From Limisphaerales bacterium (GTDB taxonomy: Bacteria > Verrucomicrobiota > Verrucomicrobiia > Limisphaerales > JAJOIW01): a stretch of DNA of 64,000 nt. Below, in pieces: positions 1-11,123 of the stretch. The notes beneath the pieces were generated by a model. It was not told where the DNA came from and did no database searches. It saw only the letters and a list, made by a program, of their open reading frames with translations. Position 1 is the first letter of the stretch; every line of letters begins with the position of its first letter. The stretch spans positions 143,217-207,216 of the forward strand of contig CBFHOE010000006.1 in NCBI GenBank assembly GCA_965657355.1, written 5' to 3'. The position numbers were made by a program, and so were the translations under genes.

Positions 1-2
1 TC

Positions 3-605
3 GCTGAAATTTGTTGTAAACATGATTTACTGGTCATTACAGACGAAATCTATTCCGAGTTGACCTTTGAAGGAGAGCACACAAGTATTGCCAGCATAGA
101 AGGAATGAAAGAAAGATGCCTTTTCCTTCATGGGTTTTCAAAGGCCTATGCGATGACTGGTTTTAGGATTGGATATGCAGCTGGTCCATCGGCGATCATA
201 GATGCCATGATGAAAATCCACCAATACTCTATGCTTTGTGCAGGGATTACCGCCCAAGAAGCTGCAATCGAAGCCCTCAAAAATGGAACACCAGCGGTCA
301 ACCAAATGAGAGAAGAGTATCGAATGAGACGAAATTATGTCATTAGATCTTTCAACGAAATGGGGCTAAACTGTCATACTCCCAGGGGGTCCTTTTATGC
401 TTTTCCATCCATAAAAAGAACAGGTTTGAGTTCGAGTGACTTCGCTATGCAACTATTAAAAGAGGAGGATGTCGCTTGCGTACCCGGAACCGCCTTCGGA
501 AATTCTGGAGAGGGATTTATTCGTTGCTGCTTTGCGGCATCCATGGACCATCTTGAAAAAGCTATGGATAAAATGTCCAAATTTTGCGAAAGCCGCATTT
601 CCTAA
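3..605 (+). CDS. PLP-dependent aminotransferase class I/II, 5'-truncated by the window edge
   Basis: Frame is open from position 3 (AEICCKHDLLVITDEIYSEL); DEIY motif and PLP-lysine motif GFSKAYAMTGFRIGY. Confidence 0.92.
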   Translation, partial: AEICCKHDLLVITDEIYSELTFEGEHTSIASIEGMKERCLFLHGFSKAYAMTGFRIGYAAGPSAIIDAMMKIHQYSMLCAGITAQEAAIEALKNGTPAVNQMREEYRMRRNYVIRSFNEMGLNCHTPRGSFYAFPSIKRTGLSSSDFAMQLLKEEDVACVPGTAFGNSGEGFIRCCFAASMDHLEKAMDKMSKFCESRIS

Positions 606-684
606 TAAAGTTGAAACAACATAAAAATTGTTTAACTTTTTTCCCATTTTAGGATAAGTATTTTTTGTCGAATCCACCAAATAT

Positions 685-1134
685 ATGAAAATAAAATCTC
701 TATTAATCTCCTTCGTTCTTATATGCGTTTCTTACATTGGCGTCTCAAACGCGCAGGAATTCAGTAATGAGTTAAATCAAATTCTTGGAACCTGGCAGAC
801 TGAAAAAGAAATCGAAGGAAATAAAGCGCATTATGTAATGGAGATAAAAAAAGATTCTACCTTCAAATTTTGGCTGAAAGGAGCCGAAGACAAGGTGACT
901 TACATGTATGCCGAGGGGAAAATAAAAATTTCAAAGTCCGGTCCATTTAAAATGTTAAAACTCTACGACCTAATGGCAGGCCAGAAGGAAGATAAGGACA
1001 CTTTGGAAAAAACCAATTTTGAAAGAAACTATGTTTTTCAGACCGGGTATAAAAAGATGTTTTTGGCGGCTAATTTTGATGCAGACAGAGAAAATGAAGC
1101 TCCTGAAGTGATGCTTTACAAAAAAATTAAATAG
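685..1134 (+). CDS. Hypothetical secreted protein (possibly lipocalin-like beta barrel)
   Basis: N-terminal signal peptide (MKIKSLLISFVLIC..SNA); ILGTW motif typical of lipocalin-like domains. Confidence 0.6.
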   Translation: MKIKSLLISFVLICVSYIGVSNAQEFSNELNQILGTWQTEKEIEGNKAHYVMEIKKDSTFKFWLKGAEDKVTYMYAEGKIKISKSGPFKMLKLYDLMAGQKEDKDTLEKTNFERNYVFQTGYKKMFLAANFDADRENEAPEVMLYKKIK

Positions 1135-1199
1135 ACCAGACCGCTCGAAAAAACGATTCATTAACGAATCCAGTTCTTGAATTTCTATAGATATTGAAA

Positions 1200-1232
1200 G
1201 AGCCGCACCGGGAGATGGTGCGGCTCGTTGTA
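1200..1232. terminator. GC-rich hairpin between convergent genes
   Basis: GAGCCGCACC-gggagat-GGTGCGGCTC stem; U-tract is weak. Confidence 0.45.
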
Positions 1233-1386
1233 TCACCCAATACAACCCATTAACTTCAGGTATTAACAACTCAAAACAACAAATAAACGACCTGTTATTG
1301 CGCTATTTGATGAGACCTGTGAACTTCAACTCAGTCTCATATAAGTAAGACGCATGACACGGCAATTTGTTCATAAAAATTTTGTT

Positions 1387-2892
1387 TTATTTTGTTTTGA
1401 CCAAAATGTGGCGGACACCGCGGTAACCTGTTTCCACGGTAAGGACTTTTATGAGGACCTTACCGTTTCTGCTAGAAGCGAGGGATTTATTGATGTCAGC
1501 AACTTTCTCAATGGGTATTTGATTTACAGCCAAGATAATATCTCCGACAGCAAGCTCCGTTGAAGCGACATCAGATCCCTCTTTTATTCCTGTCACAATA
1601 ACACCATTAAATGATTGGGGTATCCCACGTTGTTGCCTCAGAGCGGAATTCAAGTCAGAGGCAGAAAGGCCATCGAGCTTGGTTCTATTTTTCGCCTTTT
1701 TTGGCGACTCTCGATTTGACCACGGATCAAATGGATTGGCCACACGAGCCATCGCCTGCTCATTTAATTCGCCTAATTCGGCCTTGACGGATTTTTGATC
1801 ACCATTACGAAGGATATCCAAGTTGACGATTTTGCCAGGAAGAGTTTGGGCAATGCGAGCGCGGAATGAGTCTTTGTCCGCAATCTCAATGCCATCAACC
1901 GCGACCACAATGTCTCCATCTTTGAGCCCAGCTTTATCCGCCGGGGAATTCGGCCTTACCGATTCAATGTATGTTCCTTTCGCTTCTTCCAAATCATAAT
2001 AATCAGAAAGATCTGATGAAACGTCGCTAATGGTCACACCCAAGAAACCGCGAACCATCTTGCCATTTTGGATAAGGGTGGACATTACGGAACGAGCCAA
2101 ATTACTAGGTATCGCAAAACCTAACCCATCACTACCTCCGGACGGACTCGCAATAGCAGTGTTAATCCCGACGAGGCGACCATAAGCGTCTACAAGAGCC
2201 CCCCCAGAGTTACCACGATTAATCGCTGCATCCGTTTGTATAAAACTCTGGTAATCAATTTGAAGCTCTCTCAAATCGGATCGACCAGTCGCACCAACTA
2301 TGCCCATCGTAACACTTTGGCCAACCCCTAATGGGTTGCCAATAGCCATCACAATATCCCCGATCTCAATCTTGTCACTATCAGTGAAAGTCACTGCAGG
2401 GAGGTCTACTGCTTCAATTTTGAGAACGGCAATGTCAGTTCCCGGGTCGGCTCCCACAACCTCTGCAGAATACTTTTTCTTAGAATGAGTGAGTTCCACT
2501 TCGATAGTATCAGCACCATCAACTACGTGGTTGTTAGTAACAATAAATCCATTAGAGCTGACAATGACACCTGACCCAAGACCTCTTTGCAGTCTTTCAG
2601 AAGGCATAGGCTGACCGCGATATGGATCTCCAAAGAACTCGTTGAAAAGTGGGTCATCAAAAAATGGTGATCTATATCCGGTATTGCGGATTGTCGGTTT
2701 TACTGTGGTTTCGATGGAAACCACACTCTTGCGCACGTCCTTGATAACCGGCGCGAAAGAGGTCAAGACCTTCCCTTCCCTGTCCAAGTCCGTATCATCC
2801 ACGTTTAAGTCGGGCAGCTTTTCTCTTCCGTAAAGTCCTAAGGCAATCGCAACCGTTAGCGCTCCAGTAATTGTTAATTTCGTCAATTTCAT
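1387..2892 (-). CDS. degQ: Do/DegQ (HtrA) family periplasmic serine protease with two PDZ domains
   Basis: TNNHVV, TDAAINRGNSGGAL catalytic motifs, GFLGV PDZ; start moved to M32 (2892), where a signal peptide begins; 2919 is an alternative. Confidence 0.92.
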   Translation of the reverse strand: MKLTKLTITGALTVAIALGLYGREKLPDLNVDDTDLDREGKVLTSFAPVIKDVRKSVVSIETTVKPTIRNTGYRSPFFDDPLFNEFFGDPYRGQPMPSERLQRGLGSGVIVSSNGFIVTNNHVVDGADTIEVELTHSKKKYSAEVVGADPGTDIAVLKIEAVDLPAVTFTDSDKIEIGDIVMAIGNPLGVGQSVTMGIVGATGRSDLRELQIDYQSFIQTDAAINRGNSGGALVDAYGRLVGINTAIASPSGGSDGLGFAIPSNLARSVMSTLIQNGKMVRGFLGVTISDVSSDLSDYYDLEEAKGTYIESVRPNSPADKAGLKDGDIVVAVDGIEIADKDSFRARIAQTLPGKIVNLDILRNGDQKSVKAELGELNEQAMARVANPFDPWSNRESPKKAKNRTKLDGLSASDLNSALRQQRGIPQSFNGVIVTGIKEGSDVASTELAVGDIILAVNQIPIEKVADINKSLASSRNGKVLIKVLTVETGYRGVRHILVKTK

Positions 2893-3211
2893 CTTTATTT
2901 TGGTTTTGTTTATCTCCATCAATCCAGAGAGCAGAAAAACCCTCTTTCTATGTCTAAAGACAGGCAAGGAACATAGTGAGTTCATTTTTTGTGAAAAAAA
3001 TCTTGGAGAAATTCAAAATAAAGTGGAGTTGTTCCCTAATTAATTGCCAAAAAACTCAAATTTGGGCCTTTTTTTGAGAAATCAGGACTTTTATTTAATT
3101 GGAAAAGGTGGCATAGTCCGCGAGCGGTGGCAAAGGAGAGATAAAATAATTTGTCTTCATATTGGCACCGTCTCTAACTATTGATTCTGAAATTGGAAAT
3201 TCTGAAATAAA

Positions 3212-4261
3212 ATGGCAGTAAAAGTAGCAATCAACGGCTTTGGCCGAATTGGTCGCCTAGTCTTCAGGGCTATGGCTGAACAAGGACTTCTTGATTCTGA
3301 GGTGGATGTCGTCGCGGTAGGTGACATCGTACCTGCTGATAATTTGGCGTACCTCCTTAAGTTTGACTCAACTCAAGGACGTTTCCAGGGTGAAGTTAGT
3401 TCAAAAAAATCGTCCGGCGATAAAGACGAAGATGATGTCCTTATTGTTAACGGAAAAGACATCGCAGTCGTCAGTGCCCGTGAACCATCTGGCCTACCAT
3501 GGAAAGACCTTGGCGTTGATGTTGTTATCGAAGCAACAGGTTTATTTACCTCGGCAGACAAATGTAAAGGCCATATCGAGGCCGGTGCCAAGAAAGTCAT
3601 TATCTCAGCTCCAGGCAAAGGCGAAGATATCACCATCGTCATGGGCGTAAACCATGAAAAATATGACCCTGCCAACCATCACATCATTTCAAATGCGTCC
3701 TGTACGACAAACTGCTTAGCGCCTATGGTGCACGTGCTCCTCCATGAGGGGCTGGGCATTGACGAAGGTTTGATGACCACAGTACACGCCTACACAGCGA
3801 CTCAAAAAACAGTTGACGGACCAAGCAAAAAGGACTGGAAAGGTGGCCGCTCAGCAGCCATCAACATAATACCTGCTGCGACTGGAGCAGCAAAAGCCGT
3901 TGGTTTGGTTATTCCAGAAGTCAAAGGAAAATTGACAGGTATGGCACTTCGTGTCCCTACGCCGACAGTCTCTTGTGTTGACCTCACAGTTAAGACAGTC
4001 AAACAAACTTCGTATCAAGAGATTTGCGACCTGATGAAAAAGGCGTCAGAAACATACTTAAAAGGACAGCTCGAGTACACCGACGATCAAGTGGTCAGCA
4101 CGGATTTTATTCACTCCTCTGCCTCTTCCATATTTGATGGAGGATCTGGTATTGAATTAAATGACAAATTTTTCAAGCTAGTCAGCTGGTATGACAACGA
4201 ATGGGGCTACTCTAATAGAGTTGGCGACCTCCTTAAATATATGATCGATAAAGGCCTGTAA
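3212..4261 (+). CDS. gap: Glyceraldehyde-3-phosphate dehydrogenase, type I
   Basis: [26 protein letters not shown]. Confidence 0.98.
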   Translation: MAVKVAINGFGRIGRLVFRAMAEQGLLDSEVDVVAVGDIVPADNLAYLLKFDSTQGRFQGEVSSKKSSGDKDEDDVLIVNGKDIAVVSAREPSGLPWKDLGVDVVIEATGLFTSADKCKGHIEAGAKKVIISAPGKGEDITIVMGVNHEKYDPANHHIISNASCTTNCLAPMVHVLLHEGLGIDEGLMTTVHAYTATQKTVDGPSKKDWKGGRSAAINIIPAATGAAKAVGLVIPEVKGKLTGMALRVPTPTVSCVDLTVKTVKQTSYQEICDLMKKASETYLKGQLEYTDDQVVSTDFIHSSASSIFDGGSGIELNDKFFKLVSWYDNEWGYSNRVGDLLKYMIDKGL

Positions 4262-4303
4262 GCCCAACTTGATCCATTTCCTCACTATCGAGGATTATTT
4301 TTC

Positions 4304-4334
4304 AAAAACCCGGTCCTGGTTACCGGGTTTTTTT
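4304..4334 (+). terminator. Intrinsic terminator of gap
   Basis: AAAAACCCGGT-cctggtt-ACCGGGTTTTTTT. Confidence 0.85.
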
Positions 4335-4596
4335 AATAGAAAAATTAAGGATAGACAGAAGAGAAATAGTGTAGATTTTGAGATTTTTTCTCAGAAAAGC
4401 TATGTCTTTTTTACTTATTTTTAGCGTAAGATTTTACTGACATTTTATCTATTTAGCTGCATTATATATGTGTTTTAACTACATTTTGAAAAACATTAAA
4501 TTTTTTTCCCATTTTTTTGACTTTTATTGATTGTCGTATCAATAGGTCTGATTAAAAGGGATATTTAAATTCTGATTTTTTCATATACAGAGTTAG

Positions 4597-5100
4597 ATGG
4601 CGGAGCCTAGTCGCTCGTCTGATCCAAACGGTGCTATTGGTTTGTAATATGGTTTAACAGCATCATTTGATGAGTTTTGGAGATTATTTCCTAAGAAAAT
4701 GATGCTCCCTGCCTTGCTTGCCTGTACAACTGAGAGCAAACGCTGGTTAAGAAATCAGAACTTAGTGAAGTTTTATATGGTTCTGAATCAGGTTTATTAT
4801 TTCTGGAGTTTGAAAGATAATGATTTTGTTTATGTATCTCGAAGCCACTGGAAAAAGATTACAAACAATATTTAGATGTTCTGGAGGAATTAAAGGTTAT
4901 AGAAATAAATCATTCCTATAGATCATCAATAGATAAAACTGGTTTTTGCAAGAGTTACAGGATCAATCCTATTTATAAAGGTTCGACTGTTCGAGTTAAG
5001 CTGACTGATCATTATCAAGCTAGACGAATTAATTAATTGATTAACGCAAGTGCAGTTAAACTTGATAAGACAAAAACCACCATTTTGATTGAATATTAAG
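4597..5100 (+). pseudogene. Decayed phage/mobile-type winged-helix (replication-like) gene
   Basis: ATG 4597, in-frame TAA 4645, then ..SFDEFWRLFPKK..VSRSHWKK; frameshift near 4857 into DYKQYLDVLEELKVIEINHSYRSSIDKTGFCKSYRINP; further stop at 5034. Confidence 0.4.
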
Positions 5101-5185
5101 AGAAAATCTCTTTTGGCCTAGATGTTGCTTGCAATCAATAAATTATAACGCAATGGCAATATTTGCCTAAAAACTTCAGGCTGCA

Positions 5186-6031
5186 GTGAAATTAGAAGAG
5201 AGACAACAGAACAACATCAATTCAAATTGGATTGAAAAGACGCAATTACCAAAGGGAACTATTTTAGACATTTGCAATGGACTAGGCCCCATAGTTGGTC
5301 AATATCCTCGAAGGGTTCCTGGAAAAATTGAATTGGAGGGACTCGAATGGGAATTTCCAGACCTACATAGTTTCTACCACCAATGTCATCAAATATTTCT
5401 CCAACCTACTTATAAACTGGAAAATGGAGTTCAGATTAAGAAAATCTTTGATGGTGGGGCACATTCTGGATTAGCCAGTTTAATGTGGAGTCATTTATAC
5501 CCTGGGGTTGAAATCGATGCCTTTGAAGCAGACCAAGAGATTTTTGATCATTTACAAAATAACATCCAAAGATGGGGTTTGAAGAATGTTGAGACAAACA
5601 ACCAAGCTGTCTGGAGTCACAACCAGGGGATGTCATTTACAAAGACAAACGATGATTCTGGTTTTATTTCCAAACCTCAAGAAAATGAAGTCTCTGTTTC
5701 AACGCGACGACTTAGAGATCTAATCGTTGAGAATAAATACGATTTGGTGAAGCTGGATATTGAGGGTGCTGAGTTTGAAGTTATAGAGGATTGTTCGGAA
5801 GTGTTGGAAGCAGTTCCGTATTGGATAGTTGAGATTCATCATTTCCCATACCTATCAACTTCGTCCAATGCGTTTAGCTTAGTTCAAAAATTTAAAGACT
5901 TGGGTTTTGAAATAGGATTATCCGATTTCCATAATGCTACCTGGATTGAAGATGAACAGAAAGTGCCCTTTTCAGGCCTTCCATCCAAGCACTATGTAGT
6001 CACATTATACGCTTGGAAAAGTAAAGTTTAG
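5186..6031 (+). CDS. FkbM family SAM-dependent methyltransferase
   Basis: IFDGGAHSG, AFEAD, LVKLDIEGAEFEV motifs; start uncertain (GTG). Confidence 0.88.
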   Translation: MKLEERQQNNINSNWIEKTQLPKGTILDICNGLGPIVGQYPRRVPGKIELEGLEWEFPDLHSFYHQCHQIFLQPTYKLENGVQIKKIFDGGAHSGLASLMWSHLYPGVEIDAFEADQEIFDHLQNNIQRWGLKNVETNNQAVWSHNQGMSFTKTNDDSGFISKPQENEVSVSTRRLRDLIVENKYDLVKLDIEGAEFEVIEDCSEVLEAVPYWIVEIHHFPYLSTSSNAFSLVQKFKDLGFEIGLSDFHNATWIEDEQKVPFSGLPSKHYVVTLYAWKSKV

Positions 6032-7004
6032 AACCACCAGAACAAAAGGATTCTTCCAAAAATCCCAATCGCGAATTTTTGAGCCAGCCGTTTTTAACTG
6101 GGCCTCTTACCTGCATTCGCAGCGCTGTTCGTGTAAAACAAAATGGTGATGATCATGAGTGTGATCGTCGCTGTGAGTAGAGCTTTTTTTTATTAAATTT
6201 TTGGCGCGGCCCATTCTTTTTTCGAACAAAGTTCTCATAACTGCATAGCAGTTTTTCAACGAAGTTTATAGAGCCGCATTGCGGTTTTTTTAATTCATGT
6301 CACGAGAATGCAATTCAATTCGTGAATAACATTGTGAGAAAATTATTTTTTCCACTTATTTATTCAATGCAAACAAGACCCTATTAAAACAACCAATCTT
6401 GGTGGGGTTCCTTCCTTTTCAGGTTCATCTAATTTTGGTGTATAAAGGTGTGAGCAATCATTTATTTCTAGTCTAAATTGCCCAAGCCAGTTGCAGCCTT
6501 CGGGCCAGCTGTTTTTTTGTTCGGATATAATTCCTCACGAATTGCTTGTGCAATTTTTTCGAATGAAGCTTTTATATCAACAACAACAAGGGCAATCACA
6601 ATAACTGCAGCGGTTTTGTTAATGGCGATTTATAGGACACAGAGTATCCCAAGGCGTAATAAACAACTCAAAATTTCAAACAAATTTTTGTCCAGTGCGT
6701 AAGCACCCCTCGCGATTTTTCTAATCCTTTTGGTTTTCTAATGCGCGGCATTAATTAATCACCCACTAATTTATATTTTCTAATTCATTTTCTCAAAATT
6801 GATCTTTTTACGTATAAGTAAAAGTATATGGAAAAAGTAATTAACGATTTAGATGAAGAAGAGCGAACATACGCCCACTCAGTAAACTTGTTTAACGGAT
6901 TTTATGGCTATTCAAATGCAGGTTTAGGATGTTGGAGAGCCTTGGAAATTCCAGAAAAATATTTATTATTTTCTCAAATAAATTTTTTAAAAATTTAGTC
7001 AGTT

Positions 7005-7928
7005 ATGGGTCTCGCCCTTGGTGCCGTTGTTTTTTTCGCTGCTTCCGCGATCACTGGTAAAAAACTCTCTGGAATTTTTACGAATGGCGCGCAAGTGAAC
7101 ATGTATAGACTTAGCTTCTCTGCCTTAATCCTTGGTTTCTGGACCATTGGGTCAGGCAATGGATTATTTGGATCTGGTTGGTGGATGCTTTGGTTTAGCG
7201 GTGTCATCGGATTTGGACTAGGCGACGTCGGGTTGTTCTTTAGTCTCCAGCATTTAGGAGCTCGCTTGACGGTGATGATGATTCATTGCATGGCTACACC
7301 GATAGCAGCTTTTCTGGAGTGGGCATTTTTGGGGACCACAATAGGAACGCACGAAACCATAGCAACGGTATGCTTATTGAGCGGTGTCATATTGTCCCTT
7401 TGGTCTCAGGACATGCCCAATGACGCTTCATCAAAAAATGCCAATAAACTGCCCCTCATTGGATGGTTGTGGGGATTCATTGCGAGCTTGGGCCAGGCCG
7501 GTGGCGCGGTGATGAGCAGAATTGCCTACCAGGATATCGAGAGGGCAGATGTCATTACGGATCCAGCAAGTGTCGCTTGGATCAGAATTACCGGTGGCGT
7601 CGTATTTTCAATGGTCTTTCTATGGTGCTCTGGCGGCAGTGGGGTCTTAGGGAAATGGCCTAAACATTTAGCAAAAAGTAAAGCACCATCCATTATTGGA
7701 CTCATTTGTTTGAACGGCTTTTTGGGGCCTGCTGCCGGTGTCAGCTTTTTTCAATGGGCTCTCCTGACAACGCCTACGGCATTAGTTCTGCCCGTGGTGG
7801 CGCTGACGCCAATCCTTCTCATTCCCTTGTCCTCTCGCATAGATGGCATAAAACCAAGCATACTCTCCATTATTGGTGGTGTGGTTGCTGTCATCAGCGT
7901 CGTGGTTTTAGGTATTCTTAGATCATGA
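7005..7928 (+). CDS. DMT/EamA family transporter
   Basis: About 10 hydrophobic segments in two repeats; SGVIGFGLGD motif. Confidence 0.85.
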   Translation: MGLALGAVVFFAASAITGKKLSGIFTNGAQVNMYRLSFSALILGFWTIGSGNGLFGSGWWMLWFSGVIGFGLGDVGLFFSLQHLGARLTVMMIHCMATPIAAFLEWAFLGTTIGTHETIATVCLLSGVILSLWSQDMPNDASSKNANKLPLIGWLWGFIASLGQAGGAVMSRIAYQDIERADVITDPASVAWIRITGGVVFSMVFLWCSGGSGVLGKWPKHLAKSKAPSIIGLICLNGFLGPAAGVSFFQWALLTTPTALVLPVVALTPILLIPLSSRIDGIKPSILSIIGGVVAVISVVVLGILRS

Positions 7929-7968
7929 ATTTGATTTAAGTTCATGAAATTGAAGGTATAATGACAAA

Positions 7969-9261
7969 ATGAAGTCCAGCCGAGCTGTATCCAACCCTTC
8001 AAGGAGGGGTTTCTTAAAAGCCACAATGGCAACCGCTGTTGCCCCGCAGTTTGTTTCCAGAGACGTCCTGGGACAACCAGGAAAACTCTCACCAAATGAA
8101 AAACCAACTAGGGCCATTATTGGCACTGGAGGAATGGGAAGAGGACATATCGGTTACATCAAAGAGAGCCCTATCCTCGCCTTGTGTGATGTTGATTCAA
8201 ATCATTTAAAGATGGCCTTGGATAGAGCTGGAAATAAAGATATCAAAGGATACGGCGATTTTCGGGAGGTTCTCGCAAGGAAAGATATAGATATTGTCCA
8301 CATCCCCACCCCACCCCATTGGCACGGGTATATCTCTGTCGCTGCTGCAGAAGCAGGTAAAGACATCTGGTGTGAAAAGCCTATGACCCGCACCATCGGA
8401 GAGGGCCAAAAAGTCGTCGAAGCAGTCACAAAAAATGAGAGTATCTTTCGCCTAAATACCTGGTTTCGATTTAGAGGTGGTTTTTATGGTTTTGGATCCA
8501 CTGCAGAGCCAATTAAAAAAATCGTCATGAATAAGTTGCTGGGCTGGCCTTTGAAGGTCACCGTTAGTGGTGTTACAGGATTCAATTGGAAATTTAATTG
8601 GAGCGGCCGCAAAAACCTGACTCCACAGCCTGTTCCAAATCAACTCGATTACCAAATGTGGCTCGGCCCCGCCCCTTTTAAACACTACCACCCTCATAGG
8701 GTTCACGGGACTTTCCGAGGATACTGGGATTATGACGGAGGCGGTCTCGGTGATATGGGCCAGCATTACCTCGACCCCGTTCAATACATATTAGGCAAAG
8801 ACAACACCAGTCCTGTTTCCATAGAAGCCGACGCCGACCCTCAAGATCCAGAAGCCTGCGGAAGCTGGAGAAGAATTGAGATGACTTACTCCGATGGATG
8901 CAAAATCATTCTGGACGGGGAAAACAAAGATAGGGATGCGCCTTTCATTGAAGGCCCAGAAGGGGCTCTCTACAAGGGAATGAAAAGTGACATCGTTGGC
9001 CTACAAGAAAAATTAAAATCTTTGCCAGACCCGGAGCAGCAAGTCACAGATTTCCTCCAAGCCGTTGTGCACCGGAAAAAGTTTGCCCTGAATGAATCAA
9101 ATGGCCACAGATCCTGCACACTGGTCAATCTCGGTAAAATAGCCCTCAGAACTGGAAGAAAATTAGTCTTCCATCCCAAAAAACAAATATTCGTCAATGA
9201 TGATGAAGCTAATAAATTCATTCATCAACCTATGAGGAATCCTTGGAATTTATATAAATAA
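7969..9261 (+). CDS. Tat-exported Gfo/Idh/MocA oxidoreductase
   Basis: SRRGFLK twin-arginine signal; IIGTGGMG, TPPHWH, CEKP, DMGQHYLD. Confidence 0.92.
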   Translation: MKSSRAVSNPSRRGFLKATMATAVAPQFVSRDVLGQPGKLSPNEKPTRAIIGTGGMGRGHIGYIKESPILALCDVDSNHLKMALDRAGNKDIKGYGDFREVLARKDIDIVHIPTPPHWHGYISVAAAEAGKDIWCEKPMTRTIGEGQKVVEAVTKNESIFRLNTWFRFRGGFYGFGSTAEPIKKIVMNKLLGWPLKVTVSGVTGFNWKFNWSGRKNLTPQPVPNQLDYQMWLGPAPFKHYHPHRVHGTFRGYWDYDGGGLGDMGQHYLDPVQYILGKDNTSPVSIEADADPQDPEACGSWRRIEMTYSDGCKIILDGENKDRDAPFIEGPEGALYKGMKSDIVGLQEKLKSLPDPEQQVTDFLQAVVHRKKFALNESNGHRSCTLVNLGKIALRTGRKLVFHPKKQIFVNDDEANKFIHQPMRNPWNLYK

Positions 9262-9420
9262 GGGGTCGGTTCGATATTTTGTTTTGTCCACCTTTTGTCG
9301 TGTGGACAAATGGGCCTAAAAATGGTAGGCATTCCCTACCCTGCTCTAGTCCTGCAAATGTGGGCTAGCTTAACTTTTGCGAAATAAATAAAATAGATAT
9401 AATTAAAGAGATAAACAAAC

Positions 9421-10500
9421 ATGGCTGCGAAAAAACAAACTGCGAGTAAAGAGGCAACAGGTGAGAAATCAGCAAAGATGAGAAATCTGGATGCCGCAAT
9501 ATCATCCATCACCAAATCTTTTGGAGAAGGAAGCATCATGAAGCTTGGTGAAAATAATGCCAAGAGTCAGATCGAAGTCATCTCCACAAGCTCTTTGCCG
9601 TTGGACTTGGCGCTCGGAGTGGGTGGATTGCCCAAAGGGAGAATAGTGGAAATCTATGGTCCAGAATCATCGGGAAAAACCACAGTCATGCTTCATGTAA
9701 TCGCCAATGCACAAAAGGCTGGAGGAATGGCCGCTTTTATCGATGCCGAACACGCCCTGGATCCAGCATATGCTCGAAAATTAGGCGTGAATTTAGACGA
9801 CCTCTTAATATCTCAACCAGACAGTGGTGAAGAGGCCCTGACTATTTGTGAAACTTTGGCCAAATCGAACTCACTCGATGTGATCGTTATCGATTCTGTC
9901 GCTGCTTTGGTCCCAAAATCCGAACTCGAAGGCGATATGGGAATGGCCACCATGGGGATGCAGGCACGTTTGATGAGCCAAGCATTGAGAAAGCTCACTG
10001 CCATTCTCAACAAAGCAAATACATGTTGTATCTTCACAAACCAGTTGAGGGAAAAGGTTGGTGTTATGTTCGGCAATCCCGAGACCACACCTGGAGGTAA
10101 AGCACTGAAATTTTACGCAAGTGTGAGAATTGATATCAGGAGAAGAGAAGTATTAAAAGACTCATCCGGTAATGTCATCGGCAATAACGTGAAGACCAAG
10201 ATTGTCAAAAACAAAGTCGCTCCCCCATTTGCTGAGGCCGAATTTTCTATCATGTATAACCAAGGGATAAATCGCGAAGGCAGTATCCTTGAGGCAGGCC
10301 TTGCCAAAGATATAGTCAATAAAAAGGGCGCTTGGATCCAATATAAAGGGGAAATGATCGGTCAAGGAAAAGAGGCAGCCCGACAGCACCTGATTGATAA
10401 TCCAAGTGTCGCTAACGAAATTAGAGATAAAGTTCTTGCTCTATTGAATCCGGACCCGGAAAAAGAAGAGCCTGAAGATGAGAAGATCGCCGCTGAATAA
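9421..10500 (+). CDS. recA: Recombinase RecA
   Basis: [27 protein letters not shown]. Confidence 0.99.
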   Translation: MAAKKQTASKEATGEKSAKMRNLDAAISSITKSFGEGSIMKLGENNAKSQIEVISTSSLPLDLALGVGGLPKGRIVEIYGPESSGKTTVMLHVIANAQKAGGMAAFIDAEHALDPAYARKLGVNLDDLLISQPDSGEEALTICETLAKSNSLDVIVIDSVAALVPKSELEGDMGMATMGMQARLMSQALRKLTAILNKANTCCIFTNQLREKVGVMFGNPETTPGGKALKFYASVRIDIRRREVLKDSSGNVIGNNVKTKIVKNKVAPPFAEAEFSIMYNQGINREGSILEAGLAKDIVNKKGAWIQYKGEMIGQGKEAARQHLIDNPSVANEIRDKVLALLNPDPEKEEPEDEKIAAE

Positions 10501-10517
10501 AAAAGTCCACCACTGTT

Positions 10518-11054
10518 ATGTCAAAGCTAGGAACACAGTTAAAAGATGCCAGAGAAAATCGTAACCTAACTGTGCAACAGGTCTCGGCATTGACCAACAT
10601 AAAAACTGAGCACATCCGTGCACTCGAAGAAGGCAACTACGCTTTTTTTTCGGCCCCCATTTATATCAGAGGATTTGTAAGATCCATCGCTATCGCTCTC
10701 AAACTGGATCTCACTGAAACGATGACCCAGTTGGATATCGAACTAGATAATCAAAAAGTCAATTTAAAGAACGCTGATTTACAGAAGCCTCGTCAGTCTC
10801 AAAAAATTGAAAACTCCGATATCTCGGAGCCTGCTGAAGACCAAGAAACCCAAGCAGCGATTCCATGGAAAATATTGGGGTCTGTTGGACTTGCGTTCGC
10901 TGTTTTGGCGTGTGGATTTTTAGTTCTCAAAAACCTCCCTGATTCAGGTAAATCAGAACAAGATCCGAAGCCATCACTCAATCTCATCAAAAGAAATTAT
11001 CAAGAAAGTTTGGAATTGCCGTCAACCAATGCTGTTGCTGATAGCCCGCAATAA
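10518..11054 (+). CDS. RodZ-like HTH_25 membrane protein (short)
   Basis: LGTQLKDARE..HIRALEEG..YIRGFVRS HTH followed by one TM helix. Confidence 0.8.
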   Translation: MSKLGTQLKDARENRNLTVQQVSALTNIKTEHIRALEEGNYAFFSAPIYIRGFVRSIAIALKLDLTETMTQLDIELDNQKVNLKNADLQKPRQSQKIENSDISEPAEDQETQAAIPWKILGSVGLAFAVLACGFLVLKNLPDSGKSEQDPKPSLNLIKRNYQESLELPSTNAVADSPQ

Positions 11055-11123
11055 CGAGGAAGATAACAAATGATATGGGCAACGCCTCAAAGGATGCCTC
11101 ATCCTCCTATTACTGCATTTGGT

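Noticed and set aside
1428..1443. parS-like TGTTTCCACGGTAA in degQ, and CACGTG cores at 30196, 56368 and 61268
   Set aside because: Too many mismatches to the 16-bp palindrome.
2893..2985. N-terminal extension of the degQ ORF in the track
   Set aside because: It precedes the signal peptide and contains the ECF-like promoter; a later start is more plausible.
9262..9420. LexA/SOS box upstream of recA
   Set aside because: No recognisable LexA-type palindrome; only a TTTGTCCAC/GTGGACAAA hairpin after the upstream gene.
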